A stretch of 64,000 nt of DNA from Felis catus (lineage: Eukaryota), in the NCBI RefSeq assembly GCF_018350175.1, contig NC_058368.1:43712001-43776000 (forward strand). Direction: 5' to 3'. The position numbers were made by a program, and so were the translations under genes. Positions 39,801 through 52,749 of this stretch are shown here, piece after piece (positions within the stretch are counted from its first letter, which is position 1; every line of letters begins with the position of its first letter). The notes beneath the pieces were generated by a model. The model saw only the letters and a program-made list of their open reading frames with translations, had not been told where the DNA came from and did not search any database.

Positions 39801-40655
39801 GTTTGGATTGTTGTATTTTCATTTTCGTTTGTTTCCATATATTTTTTAATTTCTTCTCTAATTGCCTGGTTGACCCACTCATTCGTTAGTAGGGTGTTCT
39901 TTAACCTCCATGCTTTTGGAGGTTTTCCAGACTTTTTCCTGTGGTTGATTTCAAGCTTCATAGCATTGTGGTCTGAAAGTATGCATGGTATACTTTCAAT
40001 TCTTGTAAACTTATGAAGGGCTGTTTTGTGACCCAGTATATTATCTATCTTGGAGAATGTTCCATGTGCACTTGAGAAGAAAGTATATTCTGTTGCTTTG
40101 GGATGTAGAGTTCTAAATATATCTGTCAAGTCCATCTGATCCAATGTCTCATTCAGGGCCCTTGTTTCTTTATTGACCGTGTGTCTAGATGATCTATCCA
40201 TTTCTGTAAGTGGGGTGTTAAAGTCCCCTGCAATTACCACGTTCTTATCGATAAGGTTGCTTATGTTTATGAGTAATTGTTTTATATATTTGGGGGCTCC
40301 GGTATTCAGTGCATAGACATTTATAATTGTTAGCTCTTCCTGATGGATAGACCCTGTAACTATTATATAATGTCCTTCTTCATCTCTTGTTACAGCCTTT
40401 AATTTAAAGTCTAGTTTGTCTGATATAAGTATGGCTACTCCAGCTTTCTTTTGGCTTCCAGTGGCATGATAAATAGTTCTCCATCCCCTCACTCTCAATC
40501 TAAAGGTGTCCTCAGGTCTAAAATGAGTCTCTTGTAGACAGCAAATAGATGGGTCTTGTTTTTTTATCCATTCTGATACCCTATGTCTTTTGGTTGGCGC
40601 ATTTAATCCATTTACATTCAGTGTTATTATAGAAAGATACAGTTTTAGAGTCAAT
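36852..40655 (-). pseudogene. L1 ORF2p with one premature TAG (39128-39130), one frameshift (~38705) and a 21-bp in-frame deletion
   Basis: ORFs of 526, 137 and 603 aa with EN motifs (LQETH, GDFN, SDHN), RT motif LFADDM and C-terminal CWRGC...HCWWEC. Confidence 0.96.
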
Positions 40656-40704
40656 GTGATGTCTGTATGTTTTATGCTTGTAGTGATGTCTCTGGGACTT
40701 TGTC

Positions 40705-41592
40705 TCACAGGGTCCCCCTTAGGATCTCTTGTAGGGCTGGTTTAGTGGTGACAAATTCCTTCAGTTTTTGTTTGTTTGGGAAGACCTTTATCTCTCCTTC
40801 TATTCTAAATGACAGACTTGCTGGATAAAGTATTCTCGGCTGCATATTTTTTCTGTCTAGCACCCTGAAAATCTCATGCCAATTCTTTCTGGCCTGCCAA
40901 GTTTCAAAAGAGAGATCAGTCACGAGTCTTATAGGTCTCCCTTTATATGTGAGGGCACGTTTACCCCTTGCTGCTTTCAGAATTTTCTCTTTATCCTTGT
41001 ATTTTGCCAGTTTCACTATGATATGTCGTGCAGAAGATCGATTCAAGTTATGTCTGAAGGGAGTTCTCAGTGCCTCTTGGATTTCCATGCCTTTTTCCTT
41101 CCCCAGTTCAGGGGGAAGCTATTATTTCTTCAAGTACCCCTTCAGCACCTTTCCCTCTCTCTTCCTCCTCTGGGATACCAATTATGCATATATTATTTCT
41201 TTTTAGTGTATCACTTAGTTCTCTAATTTTCCCCTCATACTCCTGGATTTTTTTATCTCTCTTTTTCTCAGCTTCCTCTTTTTCCATAACTTTATCTTCT
41301 AGTTCACCTATTCTCTCCTCTGCCTCCTCAAGCCGAGCTGTGGTGGTTTCCATTTTGTTATGCATTTCGTTTAAAGCGTTTTTCAGCTCCTCGTGACTGT
41401 TCCTTAGTCCCTTGATCTCTGTAGCAAGAGATTCTCTGCTGTCCTGTATACTGTTTTCAAGCCCAGTGATTAATTTTATGACTATTATTCTAAATTCACT
41501 TTCTGTTATATTATTTAAATCCTTTTTGATCAGCTCATTAGCTGTTGTTATTTCCTGGAGATTCTTCTGAGGGGAATTCTTCGCTTGGTCAT
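40705..41592 (-). pseudogene. L1 ORF1p with two frameshifts
   Basis: ATG at 41592 followed by a 1-nt deletion relative to the other L1; coiled-coil fragment LEEAEERIGELEDK; second shift near 41115; C-terminal MQPRILYPASLSF...[12 protein letters not shown]. Confidence 0.93.
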
Positions 41593-42519
41593 TTTGGATA
41601 GTCCTTGGCGTGGTGAGGACCTGCAGGGCACTTCCCCTCTGCTGTGGTGTATAACTGGAGTTGGTGGGCGGGGCCGCAGTCAGACCTGATGTCTGCCCCC
41701 AGCCCACCGCTGGGGCCACAGCCAGACTGGTGTGTGCCTTCTCTTCCCCTCTCCTAGGGGTGGGATTCACTGTGGGGTGGTGTGGCCCCTCTGGGCTACT
41801 TGCACACTGCCAGGCTTGTGATGCTGGGGATCTGGCGTATTAGCTAGGGTGGGTAGGCAAGGTGCACAGGGGCAGGAGGGGCAGGCTTAGATCGCTTCTC
41901 CTTAGGTGATCCACTTCAGGAGGGGCCCTGTGGCAGCGGGAGGGAGTCAGATCCGCTGCCGGAGGTTTGGCTCCGCAGAAGCACAGAGTTGGGTGTTTGT
42001 GAGGAGGGAGCAAGTTCCCTGGCAGGAACTGGTTCTCTTTGGGATTTTGGCTGGGGGATGGGCGGGGGAGATGGCGCTGGCGAGCGCCTTTATTCCCCAC
42101 CAAACTGAGCTCTGTCGTCAGGGGGCTCAGCAGCTTTCCCTCCCTTTGTCCTCCAGCCTTCCTGCTTTCCGAGCAGAGCTGTTAACTTATGACCTCCCAG
42201 ACGCTAAGTCGTGCTTGTTGTGCGAACACAGTCCGTCAGGCCCCTCTCCTTTTGCAAACCAGACTCGGGGGCTCTGCTTGGCCGGCGAGCCGCCCCTCCG
42301 CCCCGGCTCCCTCCTGCCAGTCCGTGGAGCGTGCACCGCCTCGCCGCCCTTCCTACCCTCTTTTGTGGGCCTCTCGTCTGCGTTTGGCTCTGGTGACTCC
42401 GTTCTGCTAATCCTCTGGCGGTTTTCTGGGTTATTTAGGCAGGTGTAGGTGGAATCTAAGTGATCAGCAGGACGTGCGGTGAGCCCAGCTTCCTCCTAAG
42501 CCGCCATATTGCAAACCTC
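41593..42519 (-). promoter_or_regulatory. L1 5' UTR internal promoter, CpG-rich, with a YY1-type site at 42501-42510
   Basis: ccgccatatt matches the YY1 consensus CCGCCATNTT about 10-20 nt from the element 5' end, as known for L1 promoters; the equivalent site in the first L1 (agagtggcgg, ~27298) is altered. Confidence 0.75.
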
Positions 42520-42538
42520 TCTGAGATTGACTTTTTTT

Positions 42539-43520
42539 AAACCAGTATTTTGTTTTCTTGATTTCCCCTTATTATTTTTATGTTTATGATTCCATTGGTT
42601 TTAAAATCTTATCTTTTTTATTTCATCCCTTCTGCTTGATTTGCGTTTTTGTTCTTTCTTTTATTGTTTGTTGAAGCTGGAAGTTAAATATTGAATTTTT
42701 AATGTAAATATTTTTAATGTAAATCTTTTCAATGTAATTTTTAATGTAATCTATTTTAATGTAAGAATTTGATGCTGTAAATATTCTTTTCAACATTAAA
42801 TTGCATCACATATATTTTTGACGTTATTTTCATTTTTTAATTCTGTGAATATTTTATTTCCTTTCACACTTAATCGTTGATAGATTATTTAGAAGTGTTT
42901 AATTGCCAAATATTAGAGATTTTACTGATGTCTTTTATTGATTTCTAGTTTGATTCCATTATGGGTAAAAATGTACTTTATGTTATTCTATTTCTTTAAA
43001 ATTTGTTGAATTTGTTGTGGTTTATATTATTTCTAAGGATATGGAGTATTTTAACTTTTTTTCTAACGTATTCTGCTTTTTAGGTAGAGTGTTCTATATA
43101 TGTCAATTAAATCATGTTGGTTGATAATGTTGCTCAGATCTTCTATATTTTTGCTGATTTCCTCTGTCATAATTCTATGATTGGTGAGAGTAGGATATGT
43201 ACGCCTCCATTATAATTGTGGATTTGTGTATTGCTTCTTCCAACTCTATTAGTTTTTGCTTCATATATTTTGAGGCTCTGTTGTTTGCTGCTTATTCACT
43301 TCAGATTATTATGTGTTCCTGATGGATTGATCTTTTTATTATTATGTAATGTCCCTTTATGCTTATAGTGATTTTCTTTGTTCTGAAGTCTACTTTATCT
43401 GATATTATTATAATCACGTATGTTTTTCCTTTGCAATTAATGTTTTTTCATGATATATCATTTTCATCCTTTTATGTTAAACCTACATACGTTGCTGCAT
43501 TTGAATTGATCTAAGCAGCA
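42539..43520 (-). mobile_element. Old L1M-type fragment (EN region); host of the young L1 together with 36200-36593
   Basis: ttctgaagtctactttatctgatatt, ataattgtggatttg and gttctatatatgtcaatta are L1 antisense motifs. Confidence 0.72.
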
Positions 43521-45469
43521 AGGTGATGTGCTTGTGGCAGCTTTTGTCAGCTTGGCTTTTGTTTGATGTGTCTTGGTGGTACACTTGGGCATGTGAGAAC
43601 ACCCAGTTAAGCCTGATAGAGGAATTAGCTTAACTAGGCCAGCTTCTTTTGCAAGGTTGGGACTCAAGATGCTAAGCCTTCAGCTTTTGGTAGACGAGTT
43701 ATAGGAGGCCCTGCCTGAATGTCGTTCCTCCAGTCCTGGGGTTCCTAACTAGTGTGTCTTTCTCCTATTTTTCAGAATACTTTTATGGCTGCCCCTTGCA
43801 TTAGTTCAATGGTTTACTGAGATACTTGGTTGTGGGAGGGTGAATGATGGGAGGAATAGATAACTCAATGCCGACTTGTCCAGACTGGCTGTTTAGTTAC
43901 TATGATCTAAAGTGTTAGTGTTTAAATGATTGAGCACCTACTATATGGTCATTACTCCACATATATTTGTACTTTACCTTGGCTTATATATTTTATATCA
44001 CAATAATATTTTCGCTAATTTTGAAAGCATATTACATATTTTGACATTTGTTATTCTAAAACAGGGATAATTCCCTTTACATTCTGTATTATAATCGTTA
44101 CTAAATGATATTCTTAATTATTTTAGGTAACAGTGCAGGCTTCATATGCTTTCATAGGCAAAGTAACCAATACCTTATATCTTTTTCATTTAAAAATCTA
44201 TAACTTCACATTCACTTATTATACATATCTTATCTTCCAAACATATATCCAACTAAATTATGCCCTAATATACTGCATTTAAATTGCATTATATCAAACT
44301 CTGCTGTTTTTATATTACAATTACTCAGTAATTTTATTGATAAAATATAGTTTCTGGGTACTCTTTGCACTTTCTGGATATTTAGAATTCTGGGTCATAA
44401 GATTGTCCTCTATGTAACTTCTGAATCAATTTGATGATCTGTTTATGCCTGGATTTATTACCTAACAGATGTCTGTGTAGTTAGAGACCCATATGAATAC
44501 TGTATCCTGTTGCTTAAAATGCCTTTCAGGTAATCAATTATAACTTAGACTAAAAGACTTTGAATTTAGAAGATAATTTAACAAATACTTGTGTTTTTCA
44601 CATTATATTGAGGATTCTAAAAAAAAGTTTATGTAGCTGACTCTATGGTCACTATTCCACGTACATTTTTGTTATTACTAATAATTTAACATAATACCAC
44701 CAAACAACTTCAGATATTCAGCTACCACATTTTAAAAACATCAATAGTATATTTTATTTAAAATAAAGTAAAATTTAAATTTATGCTAATTTTATTTTAT
44801 GTTTTTGTTTTCCACTATCATAACGAAATTGTGTGAGACAGGAATATAGATTTTCAAAAGTTATTCAGAATTAGTGAGGAAAACAACTTGAAAACCACTG
44901 TTAGGTATATTGTATCCTAAAAATAATTAGCTAAGGAGTCTACTATGGTTTTTCACATTGATAAAAATATCCTAAACAAAGAATTGAGATCAAATGGGAG
45001 AAAAATAATATGATGAAGTAATAATATTACTAATATTATTATAAAAATAATTTATATTATTTATTATAAATTTATATTGCAAATTATGTATTATTTGCAA
45101 CATAATAAATGGAATATATAATAAATGGGAGGAGATTTATACAAGAAGGAACAAAGTGCAAGTCTGTGGAGATTAAAATAAGTATGTTTAGGAAAACATT
45201 CAGCAGAATCTGCTTAGACTGTGTTTGGTTTATTGTTTTTGAGGGGCAGTGTGAGGATTATAGCTGAATAATTATATGCTATGGAGGCTATCAAGAAAGT
45301 TTAATGCCAGATGACTAATAATATAAACTAATGTTAAATTTAAATGTCATATCACATACTTAAAATTTATAGAATTTACTAAACTTTATAATTAAGAATT
45401 AGAAAATGATTTATATAGTCTATCAAGAAAGATATGAACACATGATAATATTTTTTTAAATATTAATCT

Positions 45470-46905
45470 GGGACATTAGCAAGATGGCAAATAACAAACC
45501 TAAGACTCTCTTCCTTCCATGGAGACAATACATAGACCACTTCTTGTGAAAACAAAATCAGAATCTAATTAAAGGACTCCTATATACCCCAGGTAAGTGT
45601 AAAACCAGCTTCACTGAGCTGGTAGGAAAGTCCGTGGCCCCTCCCTGCTCCCATAGCCCCTCCCCAGAGCACAGTACCATGTGACCAGGAAGAAACTTCT
45701 ACCTCCCAATCTAACCCTGAGGTGGGAAAGAGAATACTAGACCATACAATAACCTGATGTTTCTAGGGACTACCTGAGGGACCGGTTTCTGTTTCACCTG
45801 TTTCAGAGTGTGGATGGGATCTATTTAGCATGCTCTAAATGCCTGGAGGTCATTGAAAAGTAAAAAAAGGGGACAAAAAAAAAAGATCTGGGCAGCCTTT
45901 TGCTGCTCCAGCAGACCTGCAATAGAGCAGACAAGCTGATAAAGCCTGAGGGCCTCTCCTCCCAGCAGGAAAGCGAAGGATGGAGCATATGTCAAATGTT
46001 CCAGCTTTTCAGGGGACTGCTTAAGGGACTAGTTTTTGGCTAATCTGACTTTGGCATTGATGGGACTCAGAGTAATCCAGATACCTGGGGCTACTGAGAG
46101 TTGGGTAGTGTGCTGTGTGCCGCTGCTTTGGAGTACAGTCGACAAACATTAGAGGGAGCAAGAGATCATAAGGTCTAGAAAGGAAAGGAGGGAGGGAAGG
46201 AAAAGAAGAGAAAGGAGAGGAGAGAAAGAGAGAGAGAGAGAAGAAAGAAAGACAAGAAAAAAACAAGGAAGGGAAGGGAAGGGAAGGGAAGGGAAGGGAA
46301 GGGAAGGGAAGGAAAGGAAAGGAAAGGAAAGGAAAGGAAAGGAAAGGAAAGGAAAGGAAAGGAGAGATCAGCCAATCCTTCTAATCAAGAATCTACATGC
46401 ACAAGTCCAGAGAAGACACATCTACAGTTTGAGGGGTCCCCAGAATCTCTAGTTAAACTGAATGGTAAAGGTATTTCCCTATACCAAGCCAGTGGCTATT
46501 TTTTCAAATACATAGATACCAACAAAAAAGTTACAAGGAATGTGAAGAAAAAAAAAGGGAAATGGCCCTATCAAAAGTAAAACATAAATTACCTAAAATC
46601 AATCTTAAAGAAACAGATATATATTTGTTATCTGAAAAATAATTCAAAATAACCATCATAAAGATGCTCAACAGGCCTGTGTAAACAATGAATAAATCAA
46701 ATGAAAATTTCAACAAAGAGATGGAAAATATAAAAAAGAACCAGTAAGTTTCTGGAACTGGTAAGGAGATTGAATCAGTAATCCAAAATCCCCCAAGGAA
46801 TAAAAGCCCAAGGACAGATGGCTTCACTAATGAATTCTACCAAACATTTAAAGAGGCATTATTAGCACCAGTTCTTCTCAACTGCTTCCAAAAAAAAAAA
46901 AAAGA
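45470..46905 (+). mobile_element. Older L1 5' UTR plus ORF1 start, joined by a deletion to an ORF2 fragment
   Basis: caagatggc at ~45480; ORF1-like aattcaaaataaccatcataaagatgctc; ORF2-like aaaagcccaaggacagatggcttcactaatgaattctaccaaacatttaa. Confidence 0.7.
46177..46366. repeat. Polypurine tract with (GGGAA)8 followed by (GGAAA)n
   Basis: Seen directly. Confidence 0.95.
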
Positions 46906-46909
46906 AGGG

Positions 46910-49712
46910 AAAAATGTCTGCAAGTTCAACTCATCCCAGGGAGACAACTAGATAACACCTCTGTCAGCATGAATAACCCAGGAAATGACTCAAAGACTGG
47001 TAGAACAAACTCCACAATTTAAGGCAAGGAAGAGGCCATATCAAAGAAGGTAGGAAGGGTGAAGACACTGTCTGGAAGCAAAACAGGCAGAGGACATCTA
47101 CAGTGGGGAGGGAACCAGTAGTGTGGAGAAGGGCAGAAAACTGATTTTCACACCAGGGAGCCCATGAGGTGGGAGGACTAATCTTCATAAGATATGCCTT
47201 GGAAAGTGAGAAGGGCCAGATTTCATTAGTTCTTAAAACCAGTAGGACTTAAAGCCTGGAAATTTCAAAATTGGTGGATGGGACTCTGGGAGAGCTGTGT
47301 GGATGTTAGGAAGTGGAATCTCTGCTCTTAAAAAGACAGCACAACAAACAGCCAGTGTAGATACAGCATAGAACCAGCAGTTTGAAAAACTTTGGGAGCA
47401 GATGGCAAGGAGAGTGATTTGCTCATCCCAAAGCATGGCCTGGAGAGACAGGGATCATAGGGAAACCCCTCCAGAAACAAAGGAGATAGCAGGTGCCATT
47501 TCCCCTCCCCATTCCCCAGCATAAACAATAGCTACCTGTGGGAATCAGCATGGAGCCCACACTCCTTACCTAACTTGCTTGTATCAAGCCTGGTCCTGTA
47601 CCTACACTTCAGCACATCCATCCTTCCAAGTCACATGTGGGTGAGTCCCAGTACTTTGGACCCCTTCCCCAGAAGACCGGCACAAACCCTGCAACACCAC
47701 ATTTCCTGACCCACGTATTTTGCAGGACCTCAGTTCCGGAAGTGGTGGGTGCAACTCTCCTTTTGCAAGCAGACCACTGCATACCTTGATACCCACAATA
47801 GGTGAAGAAACTCAGAAGACAACTGGTCTGAGGGAAAAAGAGGCCAAGACTCAATAGCACAGCACACACCACTCACATAGGAGACACTCCCAGAAACCCA
47901 GGTCTTGGAGAAAAGGAGACACTGCACTGCAGGGCACTACAAGACCTCTTTATAAGGCTGTTACCTTTAAGGGCAAGAGAATTAGCTGACTTTCCTAACA
48001 CAGAGAAATATACAGAAACAGATAAAGGAAGTTAGACAAAAAGAGGAGAGAGAGAAACATCTTCCAAATGAAAGAATAGGTCCAAACCGCAGCAAGAAAC
48101 CAGAGTGAAACAGGTAAAAGTAATATGACTTATAAAGAATTTAAAGTAATGATCATAAAAATATTCACTGGACTAGAGAAAAGGATGAAGGACATCAGTG
48201 AGACCCTTAGCACAGAGATGAAAAGAACCAATCAGAGATCAAGAACACAGTAAATGAAATTCCATCATTTTACTCCATCAAGGGTAATAATATTTGCATT
48301 ATAGGGATCTTAGAAGAAGAAGAGAAACATAATAGGGCAGAAATATATGTGAAAAATAATAGGTGAAAATTTCCCTAATCTTGAGAAAGAAACCAAGATC
48401 TATATCCAAATATGTATGGCCAACTAATCTTCAACAAAGCAGGAAAATTCTTTCCAATGGTTCTGGGAAAACTGGACAGCGACACATAGAAGAATGAACC
48501 TGGACCATTTTCTTACACCATACAAAAAAAAAATGGATGAAAGACCTAAATGTAATATAGGAAACCATCAAAATTCTAGAGGATAAAAGAGGGAACAACC
48601 TCTTTGACATCAGCCACAATAACTTAGTAGAAATGTCTCCCAAGGCGAGGGAAACAAAAGCAAAATGAACTATTGGGACCTCATCAAGATAAAAAGTTTC
48701 TGCACAGTGAAGAAAACAATCAACAAAATAAAAGGCAAGCAATGGAATGGGAGAAGATATTTGCAAATGACATATCAGATAAAGGATTACTATCCAAAAT
48801 CTATAAAAAATTATTAAACTCAACACCCCAAAAATAAGTAATCCAGGGAAGAAATGGACAAAAAACATGAACAGACACTTTTTGAAAGAAGACATCCAGA
48901 TGGCTAACAGGCACATGAAAAGGTGTTCAGCTTCACTCATCATCAGGGAAATACAAATCAAAAACATAATGAGAAATTACCTCACACCTGTCAAAGTGGT
49001 TAAAATGAATAACTCAGGAAATAACAAATGTTGGCAAGGATATGGAGAAAGTGGAACACTTTTGCATTGCTTGTGGGAATCCAAACTGGTGCAGCCACTC
49101 CAGAAAACAGTATGGACTTTCCTTAAATAATTAAAAATATAGCTACCCTATGACCCAACAATTGCACTACTAGGTATTTACCCAAAGGATACAAAGATGT
49201 TGATTTTAGGGGCACATGCACCCCAATGCTTATAGCAGCACTATCAATAATAGCCAAATGTCCATCGAATGACGAATGGGTAAAGAAGTTATGGTATATA
49301 TTACAATGGAATATTACTCAATGATCAAAAAAATGAAATCTTGCCATTTGCAAGAACATGGATGGAACTAGAGTGTATTATGCTAAGCGAAATAAGTCAG
49401 TCAGAGAAAGATAAATATCATATGATTTCATTCATATGTGGAATTTAAGAAACAAAACAGAACATAGGGGAAGGAAAGGAAAGATAAAATAAGATAAAAA
49501 CAGAGAGGGAAGCAAACCATAAGAGACTCTTAAATACAGAGAATAAACTGAGGGTTGCCAGAGGGTGTTGGTGGAGGGATGGGCTAAATGGGTGATGGGC
49601 ATTAAAGAGGACACTTGTCAGGATGAGCACTAGGTGTTTGATGAATCACTAAATTCTTTTCCTGAAGCCATTATTGCACTACATGTTAACCAATTTGGAC
49701 TTAAATAAAATA

Positions 49713-49751
<39 letters not shown>

Positions 49752-50528
49752 ACAAACAAACAAACATACAAACAAAGTAAAAGGAATTTTGGTGGGAAAA
49801 ATATGACACTATATACATAAATTGTAGGAGTGAGAGGAGTAAAACTTGGGTCTAAACTTAAGTGACCATCAATGTACATAGAGTGCTATATGCAGAAGAT
49901 GTTATGTACAAACCTAACCACAATTCAAAAACCAGTAATAGATAAGCAAAGAATAAACAGAAATTAATCCAAGTGTATCTCTAAAGAAAGCCAACAAACC
50001 ATGGAAGAAAGCAAGAGAAGAAAGGATCAGAGAAAATGTATAGAAACAAGAAGAAAACTTGCAGCCACTTTGGAAAACACTGTGGAGTTTCCTCAAAAGT
50101 TAAAATTGGAACTATCCCATGACTGAACAATTGCACTACTAGGTATTTATCCAAGAGATGCACAAATATTGGTTTGAGGTGGCACACTGCCCTGATGTTT
50201 ATAGCTGCACTACCAACCACAGCCAAATTATGGAAGGATCCCAAATTTCCATCAACTGATGAATGGATAAAGAAGAGGTTGTGTATACAGACAATATTTC
50301 TCAGCCTTCAAAAAGAATGAAATCATGTCATATGCAATGATGTGGGTGGAGCTAGAGTGTATCATGCTGTGTGAAACCAGTCAGTCAGAGAAAGACAAAT
50401 GCCATATGATTTCATAAGTATGTGGAAAGTAAGAAAAAATAAAAACAAATGAATGTGGGGAAAGGAGATGAGAGAGAGAGAGAAACCATAAGAGACTTTT
50501 AAAATTTTTTTAACATTTATTTATTCTT

Positions 50529-50563
<35 letters not shown>

Positions 50564-51304
50564 CGCAGCAGGGGGGAGTGGCAGAAAGAGAAGGAGACAC
50601 AGAATCCAAAGCAGGCTCTAGGCTCTGAACTGTCAGCACAGAGCCCGATGTGGGGCTTGAACCCACAAACCACAAGATCATGACCTGAGCCAAAGTTGGA
50701 CCCTTAAACAACTGAGCCACCCAGGAACCCCACACCATAAGATACTCATAATTATAGAGAACAAACTGAGAGTTGCTACAGGAGAGGTGGGCGGGGGATA
50801 GGCTAAGTGGGTGATGGGTATTAAGAAGGGCACTTGTTGTGATAAGCACTTACATATAAGTGATGAATTGCTAAATTCTGCCCCTGAAATCAGCATTACC
50901 CTATGTATTAACTAACTAGAATTCAAATAAAAACTTGAAACAAAAATCAATCAATCAACCAATTCATGATTTAAAAAGAGAAAAAGAAAACACAATGGTC
51001 CAAAATCTTTGGGATGCAGCAAAAGTGGTTCTAAGAGGGAAGTTTATACAAACACAGGCCTACCTGAAGAAGGAAGAAAAATCTCAAATAAGGAACTTAA
51101 CCTTGTACCTAAACGAGTTAGAAAAAAAAGTCCCAAACACAGAAAAAGTAAGGATGTAATAAAGATTAGGTCAGAAATAAATTATATAAACAGTAAAAAA
51201 CAAACAAACAAGCAAAAAACAAAAACAATAGAACAAATTGGTGAAACTGGGATCTGGTCTTTGAAAAATTCAACAAAATTAATAAAGCTGTATCAAGACT
51301 CATT

Positions 51305-51359
<55 letters not shown>

Positions 51360-51775
51360 ACCCAAATAAACAAAATTACTAATGAAAGAGGAAATAACAA
51401 CCAATACCACAGAAATACAAGCAATTTTAAGAGAATATTATGTAGAACTAAATGCCAACAAATTGGACAACTAGAAGAAATGAATAAATTCCTACAAAAA
51501 TATAGCCTACCAACACTAGAGCAGGAAGTAATAGAAGAATTTGAACAGACCAGTTACTAGCAATGAAATTGAATCTGTAATAAAAAATCTCCCAGTGAAC
51601 AAAAGTCAGATGGCTTCACAGGCAAATTCTACCAAATAATGAAAAAAGAATCAATGCTCATTTTTTTAAGTAATTCAAAAAAAATACAAGAGGAAGGAAT
51701 GCATTCAAATTTATTCTATAAGACTATTATTACCCTGATACCAAAACCAGATAAAGGCACCACAAAAAAAAAAAA

Positions 51776-51817
<42 letters not shown>

Positions 51818-52475
51818 CTCCATTGGCTGGTGTCTCTCATGTATATAAATGCAAAAGTTCTCAACAAAATATTAGCAAACTGAATCCAACAATATATAGT
51901 TAAAAAATCATATACCGCAATAAATTGAGATTTATTCCCGGGATGCAAGAATGGTTTAATATTCTCATAACAACCATAGTGATAATCACATCAAAAAGAA
52001 AAAGGACAAAACCACATGATCATTTCAGCAGATATAGCAAACACTTTTGACAAAGAACAACATCCATTCATGATAGAAACCTGGGATATTACTCAGCCAT
52101 TGAAAAGAGTGAAAACTTGCCACTTGCAGCAACATGGATAGAGGTAGAAAGTATAATGCTTATTGAAGTAAGTCAGTCAGAGAAAGACAGATGCCATGTG
52201 ATCTCACTCATATGTGGATTTTGAGGAACAAAAACAGTAAACGAAAAGAAAAGAGAGACAAACCAAGAAACAGACTGAACTACAGAGAACAAACTAATGG
52301 CTTCCAGAGGGGAGGAGGCTGGGACACCGGGGTTGATGGGACATGGGGATTGAAGAGTACTCTTATCCCGATGAAAAATAAAATGAAAACAACAAAAAAT
52401 AAAAATAAAATATAAAATAAAATAATAAAATAAAGTAAAATTAAATTAAATTAAAATTAAATTAAATTAAATAAA
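46910..52475 (+). mobile_element. Nested carnivore L1 pieces: 5' UTR/ORF1 (46910-48400), truncated L1 3' parts (48405-49775 and 50058-50935), ORF2 middle (50965-52085) and 3' end with tail (52085-52475)
   Basis: Remnants [21 protein letters not shown] and NLWDAAKVVLRGKFI; three separate L1 3' UTRs; (TAAA)n tail at ~49705-49775 and (TAAAA)n-like tail at ~52390-52475; internal boundaries approximate. Confidence 0.85.
50504..50730 (-). mobile_element. CanSINE inserted in an L1 3' UTR
   Basis: Full body; imperfect TSD accataaga(g/t)act. Confidence 0.94.
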
Positions 52476-52749
52476 AAACACATAGCACTGGAAATCCTAC
52501 CAAGAGTGATTAGGCCAAGACAATAAATAAAAGTCATCCATCAGAAAGGAAGAATAAAATTCCCTCTGTTCACAGATGACATGAATTAATATACAGAAAG
52601 CCACAAAGAGTCCACAAAAGAAATTATTTGAACTAATAAACCTATTCAGTAGGGTCAAAGGATACAAAATCACAATACAGAAATGATGTGAAGCTTATAT
52701 GGTAATAATGAATTATGCAACAAAATAAATTAAGAAAACAAGCCCATTT

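Larger units (their letters stand above)
36613..42519 (-). mobile_element. Near-full-length young felid-type LINE-1 with few lesions
   Basis: Perfect TSD tctgagattgacttttttt at 36594-36612 and 42520-42538; CpG-rich 5' UTR, ORF1, ORF2, 3' UTR and A-rich tail. Confidence 0.98.

Noticed and set aside
36852..41592. Active autonomous L1
   Set aside because: Both ORF1 and ORF2 carry frameshifts or a stop
41840..42448. ORFs up to 180 aa in the L1 5' UTRs (also 27343-28271), possible ORF0 analogue
   Set aside because: GC-rich sequence is stop-poor, several starts are non-ATG, and the ORF limits differ between the two L1 copies; no positive evidence of coding
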